Of a stretch of DNA of 64,000 nt, positions 42,512-56,018 are shown one piece after another; within the stretch, counting starts at the first letter, position 1; each line of letters begins with the position of its first letter. A program made the translations under genes and the position numbers. Location: contig OX597815.1 in assembly GCA_951406725.2 (NCBI GenBank), forward strand, positions 42,284,001 through 42,348,000, in the 5' to 3' direction. This DNA comes from Octopus vulgaris (taxonomy: Eukaryota). The notes under the pieces are model-generated. The model ran no database searches, was not told where the DNA came from, and saw only the letters and a list, made by a program, of their open reading frames with translations.

Positions 42512-42843
42512 ACCCCCGAAACTAAGGGACACCAAAAGGCTGAACGTGTTTAAATTCTAACAGAGAACTAAATAATATTCAATGCCGAAAAATGTATATT
42601 ATCCGTACTAAGCTCATACAATTATCATCAGGGTAAGTCACAGAAAAAGTTTGCTGCGACCAATTGCCACTCGGAAATTTAATTTATTCATCTCACCTAT
42701 CGAACATTCCCTTTATCTAATTATTTCCAATCTAGTGTACCAACACCTTCCTTGGACTCCAGAATTACCCCAACTTTTTTGGTTTCCAGTATTTCTGTGA
42801 TCTCATTATTTATAACCCTAATTCTTAAATTACACGGTATCCT

Positions 42844-43560
42844 TATTACCTCCGCCTTAGCGAAGGTGGAGGGATTGTTTTCAGTCGCGTTTGTTTGTCC
42901 GTGGACAAGATATCTCAAGAACCGCTGGATGGATTCAGATGAAACTTTCTGGGTTGTTTGGCCTCGGGGCTTGCACGAACTGATTAGATTTTGGGATCAA
43001 TCCGGTACCGGACAAAGATTCTGGATTATTTTTTGTTATATTTACTTTAGATGAAGTCTTTCAAATCTTTCTCTGATTATCTCCCTTGTATTATAATATA
43101 TATATTATTTCCCTCATTTATTATACATACATATTAACACTTTATAGTATACATACATACATACATACATACATACATACATGCATACATACATACATAC
43201 ATACATACATACATACATACATACATACATACATACATACGTACATACATCGATCGCTCGCTCGCTCGCTCGCTCGATCTAAAACAACAGGAATACCAAA
43301 GAGGAAGGCCGGAATTTAAGAGAAGAGAAAAGTAAATGGTCTCGTGCTATTCATTTAAAACGGACAAGGATTCTGGATTATTTTCCGTTTTTTTTCTACT
43401 TAATTTTTGAGAGCGGTCGGATTCATTTTTAGTATTCTCGTTTGTGAGAGCAGTCGAGTTTATTTAAGATATTCTCATTTTAAAAATCATCACCGGCTAA
43501 TCGTTGACACGACATTTGTGTGGCCTTGGTGGAGGTTTGCGCTCTCTGAGTGCTCGTGTT
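42844..43560 (+). mobile_element. Helentron-associated (HINE/DINE-1-like) non-autonomous element with internal insert
   Basis: Subterminal inverted repeats acctccgcc / ggtggaggt, 3' hairpin gcgctctctgagtgc, short (TTTG) stretch, T-rich end. Confidence 0.7.
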
Positions 43561-44044
43561 GATGTTTTTTTGTCAATTATGCTATCTAAATTTAAAGCCG
43601 GACCACATGAGTCTTAGCTCATCACCAAGCGGGCCTCACTACTAAAATAATTGTAGGTAATTTTTCGTTAGGCGTACCATTCAGAGAGTCCCGAAGGCAG
43701 CAACTTGACCATGACTGATTTTAATCCTCATAAACATCTTAACCGCTGTGTAGAACACAATATGATATCATGATATCTCCGTGGGAAGCCAATGGCTCGA
43801 ACCTAACCAGTTACAGCTGAGTTTATTAGAATCTGAAAAGGATTTGAACTTAAACTTTCATAACGAAATTATCGAATACTAACGAATAAAATGTTCTTTA
43901 TTTTTGTTTCAACAGTAGGTTTGAGTTTAGCATTCATGGAAGCTTGAATATTCAACTATTAGTAATTAATTAGATTTATAAACTTCAGTATTCGACTTTT
44001 AGCAATCGAATTGCTGCAGTATCTTTTAATAGTGTTTCTATTAT

Positions 44045-44470
44045 TCCTTTCAAATTTTGGCATAAGGCCAGCAATTTCAAAAAAAGGACAAGTCGATTAC
44101 ACCGACCCCAGTACTAAACTGGTACTTATTTGATCAACCTCGAAAGTATGAAAAACAAAATCGACCTCGACGGAATTTGAACGTAAAGACGGACGAAATG
44201 CCGCTAAGCACTTTGTTCGGCGTGTTGACGATTCTGCCAGTTTACCGCCTTAATTGTGTTTGTAATATTCATTCTAGGAACAAGGCCTGAAATTTTCGTG
44301 GAGGGAGTAAGTCGATTACATCGACTCCAGTATTCCACTGGTACTTATTTTACCGATCCCGAAAGGCTGAAAGGTAAAGTCGACCTTGGCAGAATGTGAA
44401 CGCAACGACAGGCGAAATGATACTAAACATTTTTCCCGGTGTGCTAATGATTCTGCCAGTTCGCCGCATT
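44045..44470 (-). mobile_element. Two tandem family B SINEs
   Basis: Two consecutive reverse-complement copies ending gattctgccagtt(t/c)..ccgc. Confidence 0.8.
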
Positions 44471-46504
44471 ATATAGCGTTTCTAATATTAGCCATATTTA
44501 TTATACAGAACGAGAATAGTTAATTAAGCTGATCTCAGTACTTGATTGAAACTTATTTTATCGATCATAGAATGATGCAAAGTCTGGTTGATTGGTAGGA
44601 TTCTAGCATAAGAATGAAAAGCGATGCCTCTAAAACCAAAACAAATTTTTTACGTCGCTCAGGCAACTGTCAATCTTAGTTATATTTGGCATATTAGTTT
44701 TAAAATAGTTACAAGGTAAGAAACCTTTTGGAAAAGGTATCATTGAAATGAATTAGTACCTCATTGGTATCTATTCTTTTGACCCTGGAAAGTTGGGTAC
44801 TGAAGTTGCTCTAAGTAGGATTTGAACTCAGAACGTAAAGCAGTTTGTATGTTGTTCTACCTATTCTTCTAATGCACGGCCTCTGTTTCTATATTCCATT
44901 CCAAAATGTGATACCTTGTTCCAATACTTAAAAATAATATTAAAATTTATTCTTATATAAATCGAAAAACCGTTTTTATTCTCGCTCGAATTGCTTACTT
45001 GATTGGAAATCCTACCAGTCATTTGCAGATGCCAAACTCACCTAACTTCCTTTAAATGATATTACTGAAACGAAAGACCACCCATCGCTATTTATTGTTT
45101 GTCTAGTATCAAAGATGTCATACTGATTGCGCAATTATTGCAAGATTGTTACACTGTAAAACTAGTGGTTGCATATCTGTCTCTAAGTGTTTACATGAAC
45201 ATTTACCAAAAATAAATATATGGAAAGTATCTACCTGCTCACTAATTACCTATTCTTCAAGTTGATCCAGCCCATGTTCTCATAAAGAAAATAAGAGACA
45301 ATGAAATTAGATGAATTGAACATTCAAAAGAATTCAATTTCTTTTTATAAGTTTTCCTAAAGTACCAGTATTTTACGAGCTTGTTGTTCATAGACTTATT
45401 GATTTTCCATTCTAAATTTTTTTAAATTTTATTCTTCAGCTGATTGTTACATCATGCATTCAGCTTACAAGTATATAAATATACCAAGCTGAATAGTTCG
45501 TTCTGAGAAAGGCCAACAAGAAACACATTGGGTATTAATTGTAAATGTTTAAAAATATGTGTTTCTAGGTTACTTAAAATTTGAGGTCAGAAACTAGTGC
45601 CGTAGCGAACAAAAAAATATGAACCAGGCGAACACAGTCTATTGACAAGTTTCGATACTTATTAGATGGAATATTCCTCTAAGAAAAGATATAAAGGCTA
45701 CCAATTCTAATTTCTCCTCATCCCTAAAACTGTAAAACCCTACTGCAGCCACCATCTTATGGCTATAGAAATAGGCTGGAGAGTGGATAGATACAACATA
45801 TCTAGACGCTTATATATAATTCCTCGCTGCATGTCAGATTATGCAGTTAGGACTTGTTGATCGTGCTTCATCACTTGTGTGCAATAAGACTGATCGATTA
45901 GGGCTAACTCAGGATTATCTGACAACAACGGCAATCCCGGTTTTAGTCTTCTGTTATAATTCTATTCACACAAAGATACTTTATGAGAATATTAATTCGA
46001 CTCAGGAGTTGACTGGTACTTTATCTAATCGACTCTAGATTGTTGAACGGCAAAGCTGACCTTAAATAGCTGTGAATTTCCGTTTCAAATAATTACTTCT
46101 TACACAGACGCAAGACCTACCTGATTTAGAGGAGAGGAAATATAATATTGCAAAATGTGCAATGAGTGAAGTGAAATTTCGTACACCCATTTTACTTATT
46201 GCATGGCATTAATATTTATACAGTTTTCATTATTAAAACGTTCTCCATGTTTCTAGTAATGATTTCATACATGGACACAATATCGCAAATATGTGGAACC
46301 GAAAAGTTCAACCTGTTTAGGTGGCTGCAATATATGACTAGTCTTATCTCATCGCTGACGTTGGATGCATGAGAGTTAAAGTCAGCCATGACGAGATTTA
46401 AACGAAAAATGCAAGGGAGTGACAGAATTTAATACTGTAAATTATTTAATTCGAAACTACCTTTTCTATTTCTCATCTGTCGTTCCTCTCTATTTCTGAT
46501 AACC

Positions 46505-46685
46505 CTTTCTACTAAAGGCCTGAAATTTGGGGGAGTGGACAAGTTGATTACAACGATCCAGTGTTTTACTGGTACTTAATTTATCGAGATCGACCACGGC
46601 GGAATTTCAACTCAGAAAATAAAAACGGACGAAATGCCGCTAAGAATTTCCTCCGGTGTGCTAATGATTTTGGCCAGTTCGCCAT
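46505..46685 (-). mobile_element. Family B SINE
   Basis: Reverse-complement body and head with an internal deletion. Confidence 0.7.
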
Positions 46686-47624
46686 CTTTCTCTGTTTCTA
46701 ATAATGAGCATGAAAAATGTATCTTCAACTTTGACACATACTTACATGAAAACGCCTACATGTTTACTTCATCGCAATTATGATGAAAAATTGAACCTAC
46801 ATTCTTTGTCTTTGGACTGTGATTGATTAAGTTACGCTAACTAATCATTCCGATGATTTTTTTTATTTTCGTTGAAGCTGAAAATAGAATATTGCAATTT
46901 CCATAAGACTTTCCGTAAGTTATTTCTTCTCATCCCTAAATCCACTTTTTTCTGCAATTGAAATTCCCTGTAATCTTTCTAAGGTGCTGATTGATTTTAA
47001 TCAGATTTTGTCTATAAGACGGACATAATAATATTTGACACTGTAAGAGGAGTTAAAAGGTTACGTTCTATAAGCAATCTGTTTAATGAAAAAAAACCCC
47101 AAAAAACCCAAATAAAACAAAAAACAGTAGCAGCAGCAACAACAATAATAACAAAAAACAACTTCTAGCTCTGATAATTAACCTATGAGATTTTGTTTTA
47201 AAATGAGATGATCTCGTAGAACATACTAATTTGAAGGGGGAAAAAAAAGACGTCTTTTAGACATCGGTAGTCAAACTCGAAATAGAAACTGAAAGAATTA
47301 TTCGCATTAGCTTCTGGCTATTCATTACTAAGAAGTACAATTAAAAACACAATGCAGTGCCTACACTCAGCAGATTTTTATGTGGAAAAAGAAAACATTT
47401 AACGAGAAATGCTATGATTCCTAAGTATCTGTAAAGACCTTCTCATTGTTTTGTTTGTTTGTGAGCATGCGTATCTATGCGCTCTATACATCTTTCAGAT
47501 ATAGATAATATAGAAATTTTTCAAAACGAATACTGATACGTACTCACATGTAAATTAGAAAAACACAAACTAGAAAGAATATTACAAAAGGAACAAGTTA
47601 AACAAAAAGAAATACACTGTATCT

Positions 47625-47796
47625 TCTACTTGTTTCAGTCCTGAGACTGCGGCCATGCTGGGACTCGACCTTGATAGAATTTTTAGTCAAATGAATCGCC
47701 AACAATACTTTCTTTTCCCTTAAGCTTGGTACTTATTCTACCGGACTCTTTTGCCGAACCCCTAAGTTTCGGGAACAAAAGCACATCAACACAAGT

Positions 47797-47830
<34 letters not shown>

Positions 47831-47880
47831 TGTATGTATGTATGTATGTATGTATGTATGTATGTATGTATGTATGTATG

Positions 47881-47971
<91 letters not shown>
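47625..47971 (-). mobile_element. Family A SINE 3' half followed by (TATG)n(TATC)n
   Basis: ttgtttcagtc..gactgcggccatgctgg..cttttgccgaacc. Confidence 0.7.
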
Positions 47972-48236
47972 GATTAAAATTCCGTTGAATTGAATTAGAT
48001 GCTTAACTTGAGGTACCTTGCTAGGTCGATATAATACGCACTCAATATCGATTGAATATTGAATATCAAGACTCCGTTCAGGGGTGTTTGTACATGATGT
48101 TCCAACCGCGTGTGCAGACAACGCAACCCAGCTAAGTGATTATACCCGCTCTTTGTAATTTAGACATGTACTTTTCATAAAGGTACTTTCTATAGTATTT
48201 CCGAAATGTAGATTCCAAGGTAGGTGAACAGAATAT

Positions 48237-48300
48237 AAATGAATAGCAAAGATGTACAGGTGTCAATTCATTGACACTTGTACATCTTAGTTACTCATTT
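48237..48300. repeat. 64 bp hairpin
   Basis: aagatgtacaggtgtcaa / ttgacacttgtacatctt. Confidence 0.8.
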
Positions 48301-48919
48301 ATATATATATACGTATATACATACATAAGGATAAACATATTAAAAGGGAAACGGGCAAAACTCATTTAAATAAGAGGGGTCCTTGGTAGTAAAAAGGTTA
48401 GGAACCCTTGGTCTACGTTTTATAAAGATATGGTCACAGTCAGTGTTGCTATTAACTGTGATGTTTGAGATGCTTCAGTGCTCTGTAAAATGAACCATAG
48501 ACAGCTCTTACAAAACTAACACTACAGTATTTTCTAAATAGAAATGCATACGAATAGTACTTCCTTTAAAATAATGCCACTCAGGACAACAATTCACAAC
48601 GTTTGTCCAGACACATAAACCAACCAAAATTTCTGTTCAGCACGAAATAGTGTATTTATTTATTTTTTTACATTGTGTGTAATAATAGGCATTTAGTATA
48701 TAAAATAATACACAGTGGTTAATAACCGGTTTTACATGGTGCGATATAAATACAAATTTAAACAATATATAAAATAGGTGTTTTTCTAGATTTACCTGTA
48801 ATTAGCAGTCTGAGATTCCATAATAAATTTATGTAAGAACCTTTAGTTGTTTACGAAACACTGCTGTAACACACACACACACACACACACGCACACACGC
48901 ACACACTCACGCACACACT

Positions 48920-48968
<49 letters not shown>

Positions 48969-50542
48969 TTAATCTATCAGTGAAATGATACCAAAACAGC
49001 TGTAGTAAATTTTAAATCCTATTTGTGTTATATATATATATCTTCAATGAAAAGGTCGAATTTTATAACTCTGCTTTACTTAAAGCAGGCTAGAAAGAAA
49101 AAATTACCTATATTAACCCTATTGGCATTAATTCTGCCTCTATTAATCAGGACATGCAATCACGGCATAACGGTAATAATAATATAAATTTTAGTTCGAA
49201 TAATAACACTACATCAAAAAATTTGACTTTAAGCGTAAAGGAGATAACCGTTCTTTAAGACCCTTTTATCGTTATAAAATACATCTAGGACTTTTAGAGA
49301 CAATTACCCTAATAACAAGCTATGTTCTAGTAAAACTGTTTGGTTGATAATTTCATATGGTACGCAGATGAAATCCAACCGCTCCTACCAGTTTTGTGAA
49401 GCTATAGATAAGAATTTCCCCCAAAATTCAAGATACCATTCTATTATCAATTCACACCGAATCAGAGTAGGGTTTTCAAACTACAAAAACCTTTCACAAA
49501 TCATCTCTTCGTAAAAATAAATTGTTAAATACAAATCCACTTAATGAAAATAATAACATTGATATTATTGAACAATAATAACAATGTTAGCATTTTTTAT
49601 ATAAATTTCAATCGCATTCGTTTCCTTAGCAGCAATTCTAAGACTAGAAACTGTTTATCAATGTAAAATTACTTCCGGTTCCTATGTCACATAGGTAGTT
49701 CTTCGATAAACGGAACAATACTGGGCTTAGTAAATTAATTTGGTCTCTGAAGGAACATGATAAACAACTTGATTTGGAATGGAATATTCTATGTAGGTCC
49801 TTTCCATATGATAAAGGTAAATCTTCTTGTCCGCGAGTGTTGGCTTATTGATGTTGTTTCTCTTTTTTCCCTGGTGAGAAGATCGCATTGTTTTACATCA
49901 TTTTATTCCCTCTGGAGTAATACCAATGTTTTCTCCGAAGCATATGTCGGAAGTATAAAGATTTGAATAACACCTGCGTATAACTCCATTTCTTTATTTA
50001 TCTGTTATACAAAAACATTTCACAAAATCCTGGAATTTCTACCTTTTAAGTAAGCGGTAACATTCTTGATATTTATGTGAATTTTTTGCTGCCCTGGTAA
50101 CTATTTATTTATTTTTTCCGTGTTATTTGTATACATTGAAAAATACACATATATACATATACATATATTTATATATATCATATATATTATATTATATGTA
50201 TTATATATATCACATACATATTATATAATATATATATAATATATATAATATACACATATTATATATATATATATATATATACTGTATACATATATCATAT
50301 ATATATATATTGTATGTATGTATTATATATATATTACATACATTTTATATTTGCATATTATAAATTATATATTATATATATATCTATATATTATATATAT
50401 ATATGTATTATATATTATATAAATATATCATATATATTATATATATATGTATAATATATTTGATATATATGTATATATATACACATATACATATGTATGT
50501 ATAGATATATGTATATATATGTATATACATATGTACACACAC

Positions 50543-50602
<60 letters not shown>

Positions 50603-50778
50603 GTGTCGACCAGACTATCGGACATTGTTATACACTACTGCTTACTATGCGCTTCCTCACATCGTTATAGCTTTCGAATAATGCCCCTCCACTGGCTAAG
50701 CAGCAGGTTAACATCCCCTCTGAACGGAAGACTAGTTCATTGCATGGGTCCTCATTTACAGCTGAATGGATATATGTA

Positions 50779-52027
50779 TCAGGCTGAATAAAAAGTAAGC
50801 AACGTTTTGAAACATGAAATTCATCACAATATATTTCAATAATACGGAAAATTTATTCATCAAAATAAGTACCATTATAATCACACATTTTTGCCAACGA
50901 GTAACAAATTTGCTTATTCCAGTGACATAAAAGCTGGAGTTCTGGAGCTGATGAACTCTTTGAACGCACTTTCAGCAACAGTTTGATTTCTCAACTTATT
51001 CGCTCGCAGGAAATCCGTCAGGGTGCTTGCAAAAGTGGTAGTCAGTAGGAGAAAGGTCTGAGGAATGAGCTGGGTGGATTAGAACTTCATAGCAAGTTCA
51101 CTCAACTTCTAGGGCGCCATTAGTGAAACGTGTGGTCGAGCATTGTCATGAAGAATGATTGGCCCTCTTCTGTTGACCGGACTGGGACGGAGGAGTAGCA
51201 GTTTTTCGTTCATTTTGGCAATTTCATGGCAATATGGTTCTGCAGTAATAGTTTTCTTCGAGTTTTAAGAAGTCATAATGGTTAAGTCCGGCAGTACACC
51301 ATCAAACAATCACTATAACCACCTTTTTGAAGAGCTCAAGCTTACGGAAAGTTTTCGGTATTTCATGTTGGTCCAACCACTGCGAAGAACGTTTTTATTA
51401 TTGTACAGAATCCACTTTTCATCGCAAGTTATAATGCAATCAAGAAATGGATCTGGTTAGGGAGAAGAAGCGAGGAGCAAATTTCACATCTACGCATTTC
51501 CTGATTTTCATTCAAATCGTGTGGTATCCACTTGTCTAGCTGTTTTGACTTTCCGATCGCATGCAAATGGTTGCAAGCAGTTCTTTTACCAGTTCTCGAG
51601 TGGATTTACATGGATCTTTCCCAATTTACTTGACGGTCATCGATGCCAGATGCGAGTCCACTACGCTCGCGATCTTCAAGGCTTAGGTCTCTACTACAAA
51701 ATCGTTTAAACCATTTGTGAGCTGACCACTCACTGGTTATTTACACACCAAACATTTCGCTGATATTGCGAGCAGTTTCATCTGCTTTACGTCCTTTTAT
51801 GAAGTTTTATAGCAAAATTATTCGAATATCTCTCTATGACAGTTTCATTTCAGCTGATTATAACAACGGTGAAAAAATATCAACGTTAATTTATTGATAC
51901 ATTTAGGCACGTCTATGTCTGTACTATCAGATAATTGCAAAATAAAAAAAAGTTAAAAAATAATTCAAAACTGCAAAATCCGGTACAAATACTTCATGGT
52001 TGAAAACGTTGCTTACTTCTTACTCAA
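50779..52027 (-). mobile_element. mariner (Hsmar1/cecropia-like), decayed, inserted in a family C SINE
   Basis: TIR aagtaagcaacgtttt at both ends; minus-strand ETARNISEMFG..WFKRF..LEDRERSG and KFVTRWQKC; SINE halves at ~50690-50770 and ~52030-52120. Confidence 0.85.
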
Positions 52028-52336
52028 AGTAAGAACATGAAATGAAGTGCTTTGCTGAAGAACACGACGTGTCTCCGGTCTGCAAATCGAAGCTACAATC
52101 TTCCAATTGTGAGTTCCACACACACAAGCCATGTATAATATAATATATAATATATATATATTAATGCTTGTTTTTATGTTCCATTATAATAAAAAAACAA
52201 TTTTCTGTTAATCGGGTGGGTTACTCAATACTTTTGTAGAGTACATATCTATTATTCTTATGCAGTTTCTTATGAAGTTTCAGCCAACTAAACCATCGTC
52301 TTAGCTGGGCGAAATCTTGAAGTTACTGTCAACAAG

Positions 52337-52618
52337 GGTATCAGGACAAAATGCCCCCGAGTACAAAATCTCTAGAGGAGAAAATCCCCCAGGAATATTG
52401 TTGAATTGATGAATTACCTTGTTCGTTATAAACTAATGAATTACCTTTTTTTTAAACTTCTTATTAAAATTCTATTACGTTCGTTTGATTGCTTTATTAT
52501 TTTATTATGGCTTATACATTTGTCCTCAGGTTAGCGGAGAATTGTTTTCATAAACCCACTTAGAGTATTTTGTTGAAAGAGATTTCGTCTGGGAGTGGGA
52601 GGATTTTGTCCTAGTACC
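52337..52618. mobile_element. MITE-like element
   Basis: TIRs ggtatcaggacaaaat / attttgtcctagtacc; gtcaaca present on both flanks. Confidence 0.55.
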
Positions 52619-52686
52619 GTCAACAGCATTTTTGTATAAGAATTATGTATGTTCGTATATATACATATATATGTATGTATATATAT

Positions 52687-52745
<59 letters not shown>

Positions 52746-52964
52746 CACACACAAAACATTTACAGTTCTATATTTAAGAGATGACGAATTATGTACATTA
52801 TGTACGTTATTTACATTCGACGGATATTTATCCTCATCTTTTTTGTTGTTATCACAACGTTTCGGCTGATATACCCTCCAGACTTCTTCAGGTGTCTTGG
52901 GGAAATTTCGAACCTGGGTTCTCATTCCTAAGGTATTTTTCGATGTTATTATTATTATTATCCA

Positions 52965-53035
52965 GGTCATGGTGTAGTGGTTACGAGTGCGGGCTACTAA
53001 CCCCAAGATTCCGAGTTCGATTCCAGGCAGTGACC
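52965..53035 (+). promoter_or_regulatory. tRNA-like Pol III internal promoter (SINE head, not a functional tRNA)
   Basis: A box TGGTGTAGTGG, B box GAGTTCGATTCC, GGTCA/TGACC acceptor-like stem; anticodon and T stems imperfect. Confidence 0.7.
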
Positions 53036-53103
53036 TGGATAATAATGATAATAACATCGAAAAATACCTTAAGAATGAGAACCCAGGTTCGAAATTTCCC
53101 CAA

Positions 53104-53150
53104 GACACCTGAAGAAGGCTGGAGGGTACATTCAACCGAAATGTTGTGTT
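53104..53150 (+). ncRNA. Minimal hammerhead-like motif (right arm)
   Basis: GACAC-CUGAAGA-A-GGCUG..CAACC-GAAAU-GUU-GUGUU; mirror copy on minus at ~52852-52896 reads CAGCC-GAAAC-GUU-GUG. Confidence 0.62.
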
Positions 53151-53398
53151 AACAACAAACAAGATGAAAAATATCCGTCGAATGTAAATAATGTACAAAA
53201 CATTTAGTTCAATTATAAAATAATTATAAAATATGGAATATTTTGAAATTTTATTAAAGCTCATAGAGGGATGAGTAATTTAGTTGGAGATACAGAAATA
53301 AAAGAGTTAATTCCAATAGGAATGTAGAAATTTTAAGGTGATCTGGTGTAAGAGGTTTAATCGCTTAGCTTTTGAAATATATCTAATGGGCTACTCCC

Positions 53399-53485
<87 letters not shown>

Positions 53486-53566
53486 TGTATATATATATAT
53501 GTTTATATATAGATGTATATCTCTATCTATCTATCTCTCTATATATACATGCACACACACAACGTA

Positions 53567-53645
<79 letters not shown>

Positions 53646-53679
53646 ACATACACTTATGTAGAGGTATATGATATATACT

Positions 53680-54790
53680 GGGAGAGTGGCTGCATTACTT
53701 TCCTAAAGACAGAAGTCAAGTAGTTGCAGCCAATGGTGCCCTTTCTGAGACAGCTCAAATCTTAAGTGGTGTCCCCCCAGGGAACTGTTCTGGGGCCATT
53801 ACTGTTCATATCAGCCCTTTTAGACATGCCCGCGGTTACTCAGACAGCCACTGTCACTAGCTGTGCCAATGATACAAAATTATCACAGGCAATAAAAAAC
53901 TAAGATGATGTCACAAACTTACAGCGGGACTTAAATTCAATATACAAGTGAGCTGAAATAAACAACATGCTGGAAAATTTCAAGCAGTGCACTATCAACT
54001 CACGAATACAGTACAATCTACATATACAGGACTCGAAGGTACTACTATCCCAGAGTCACAGACATTGAAAGACTTGGGGATCAATATGTGCAATGAAGCG
54101 TCATTTTATATGCACATTAGCAAGATGGCAGCAAAGTGCAGACAACTGACAGGATGGATACTGAGGTCCTTGAAGACAAGAGACCAAGAAACTATGATGA
54201 CCCTGTAGAGAACCTTTGTTCTCAGCCGCCTGAACTACGGCTCCCAGTTATGGTCACCTCATTGTATCAAACTAACAGCGGAGCTTGAAGCAGTCCAACG
54301 ACACTACATTAAAAAGACTGAAACAGTGCAGCAGATGAGTTACACGGATAAGCTGAGAAATCTACAAATTTACTACCTGGAGCGAAGGCGTTAGAGATAT
54401 GCAATAATATATATATATATATAATCCTAGAAGGGCTACTACCTAACTTTGGCATTGAGTGTTATACAAATACCAGAACTGGCTGCTATTGGATGGTACT
54501 AAAGGTACCATCCACTCCATCTAAATTCAAAACCAGGTACTGCAAAAATCTAGGGTTCAAAGGCCCACTGCTCTTCAATGCCCTGTTACAAAAATTAAGA
54601 AATCTGCATAAGGTGGAAGTAGATGTCTTCAAAAAGGAACTAGACATCTTCCTCTCCACAATACCGGATGAACAAACAGCCCCAGATGAGGTGCAGACGA
54701 GGGCAGCGGAATCAAACTTCCTTATACACCAAATGCACCAACAGCCGAGACATAAGCACATACAGGAGTGGGGATGTGAAATACTCAGAC
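53680..54790 (+). mobile_element. CR1-like LINE RT/3' remnant
   Basis: SGVPQGTVLGPLLF, ANDTKL (YADD equivalent), LQRDL, KDLGI, LEAVQR, FKKELDIFLSTIPD; many stops. Confidence 0.88.
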
Positions 54791-54895
54791 TGAGGAAGTT
54801 AGAAAGACCATGGTGGTGCTCCAGCATGACCATGGCCATATGTCTGAAACAAGTCAAAGTGTAAAAGAGTGTGTATATATATATATATCTATATA

Positions 54896-55397
54896 TCTAT
54901 ATATATAAAACTCTAGTTGTGTGAGTGTCTGTCCCCTTCGATTTAGATTCCTAACTCCTCCCACATTTTGCGGTGCAGTTTAACCAAATTCGGGTATCTT
55001 ATAGTCGTGATTCATATCAAGCCCGTCTGGCTATTAGCGCGCGTCAACGATGAGTCTACAATTTTAAAAATAATTTAACATCATTTTTTATTCCATTTTA
55101 ATGCATAATTTTTCGTGTGTCGATGGCGGCGGAGTTGGCGTCCACGCTCACAGCTGCACCTGTTTGCTTCTCCCCTTCCCTCCCTCGTGAAGCTGTGGGG
55201 AAGGGAGTGTAAAGAAATCAACGTCGTAATGCGTTGTCAAGGAGACCAGCGTTCTTTTAGAACAACGACTTCATGGCTTGAAGTCACCAAAACAGAAATG
55301 GCTAAGAAAGCCCGAATTGGCATCTATAAGGGAAGTAACTCTCTAAAATGCTTATATAGTTATTTCCCTTACAAACAACGCCGGGCGATACTGCTAG
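54896..55397 (+). mobile_element. Non-autonomous Helitron, copy 3
   Basis: A|TC...CTAG|T; reverse complement of copy 2; 6 nt deleted from the 3' hairpin. Confidence 0.88.
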
Positions 55398-55976
55398 TAT
55401 ATATATATATATATATATATATATTTAGATATACAATATACATATGTGAATGCTATATATTTGTATATATGTATATAATATACATTATACACAGACACAC
55501 GCACACACACACATACACACACACACACACATATATATATATGTGTGTGTGTGTGTATGTGTATAACAAACACACATAATTATACACTAAAGAGCTTTTA
55601 CTGCTCTATGATTTAGGAGTGGATACTTAAAGCTGCGCTCATTACTTGCTACGACTGTGTCGTATTGCTATATCATATTGCTACAATACCTATGGATATA
55701 TAAAACCTATGATTTGTCTTATGGAACGGAGTAATGGAATAAATAATTTTTGAAGGATATTAGAAAATTAAAATTGATTGCTGTAACTCCAGCCTACAAT
55801 AAAACCGGAAGAGAAATATATTCCCCGGAAGTGCACTTAGAATTTCCCGTTTGCATGTTATTGGAACATTCATTTGAGAACTATATTCATCCATTTTCAT
55901 CTATTAAAGTCTGTCAACCTGCATAATATATATATGTGTGTGTGCGTGTGTATTCATGTCTACATTTCTCTATATG

Positions 55977-56018
<42 letters not shown>

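Larger units (their letters stand above)
52763..53197. mobile_element. Palindromic tRNA-headed, hammerhead-bearing retroelement
   Basis: Arms 52801-52969 / 53031-53197; tRNA-like core 52965-53035; hammerhead-like motif in each arm; 38 nt one-sided tail; 12 bp direct repeat acaaaacattta at 52751 and 53195. Confidence 0.8.

Noticed and set aside
52965-53035. Functional tRNA gene
   Set aside because: Anticodon and T stems pair poorly and it is embedded in a repeat; treated as a SINE head.
55803-55832. Paired CCGGAAG (ETS-like) motifs as a promoter; a similar motif lies near 49670
   Set aside because: Short motifs expected by chance; no supported transcript.
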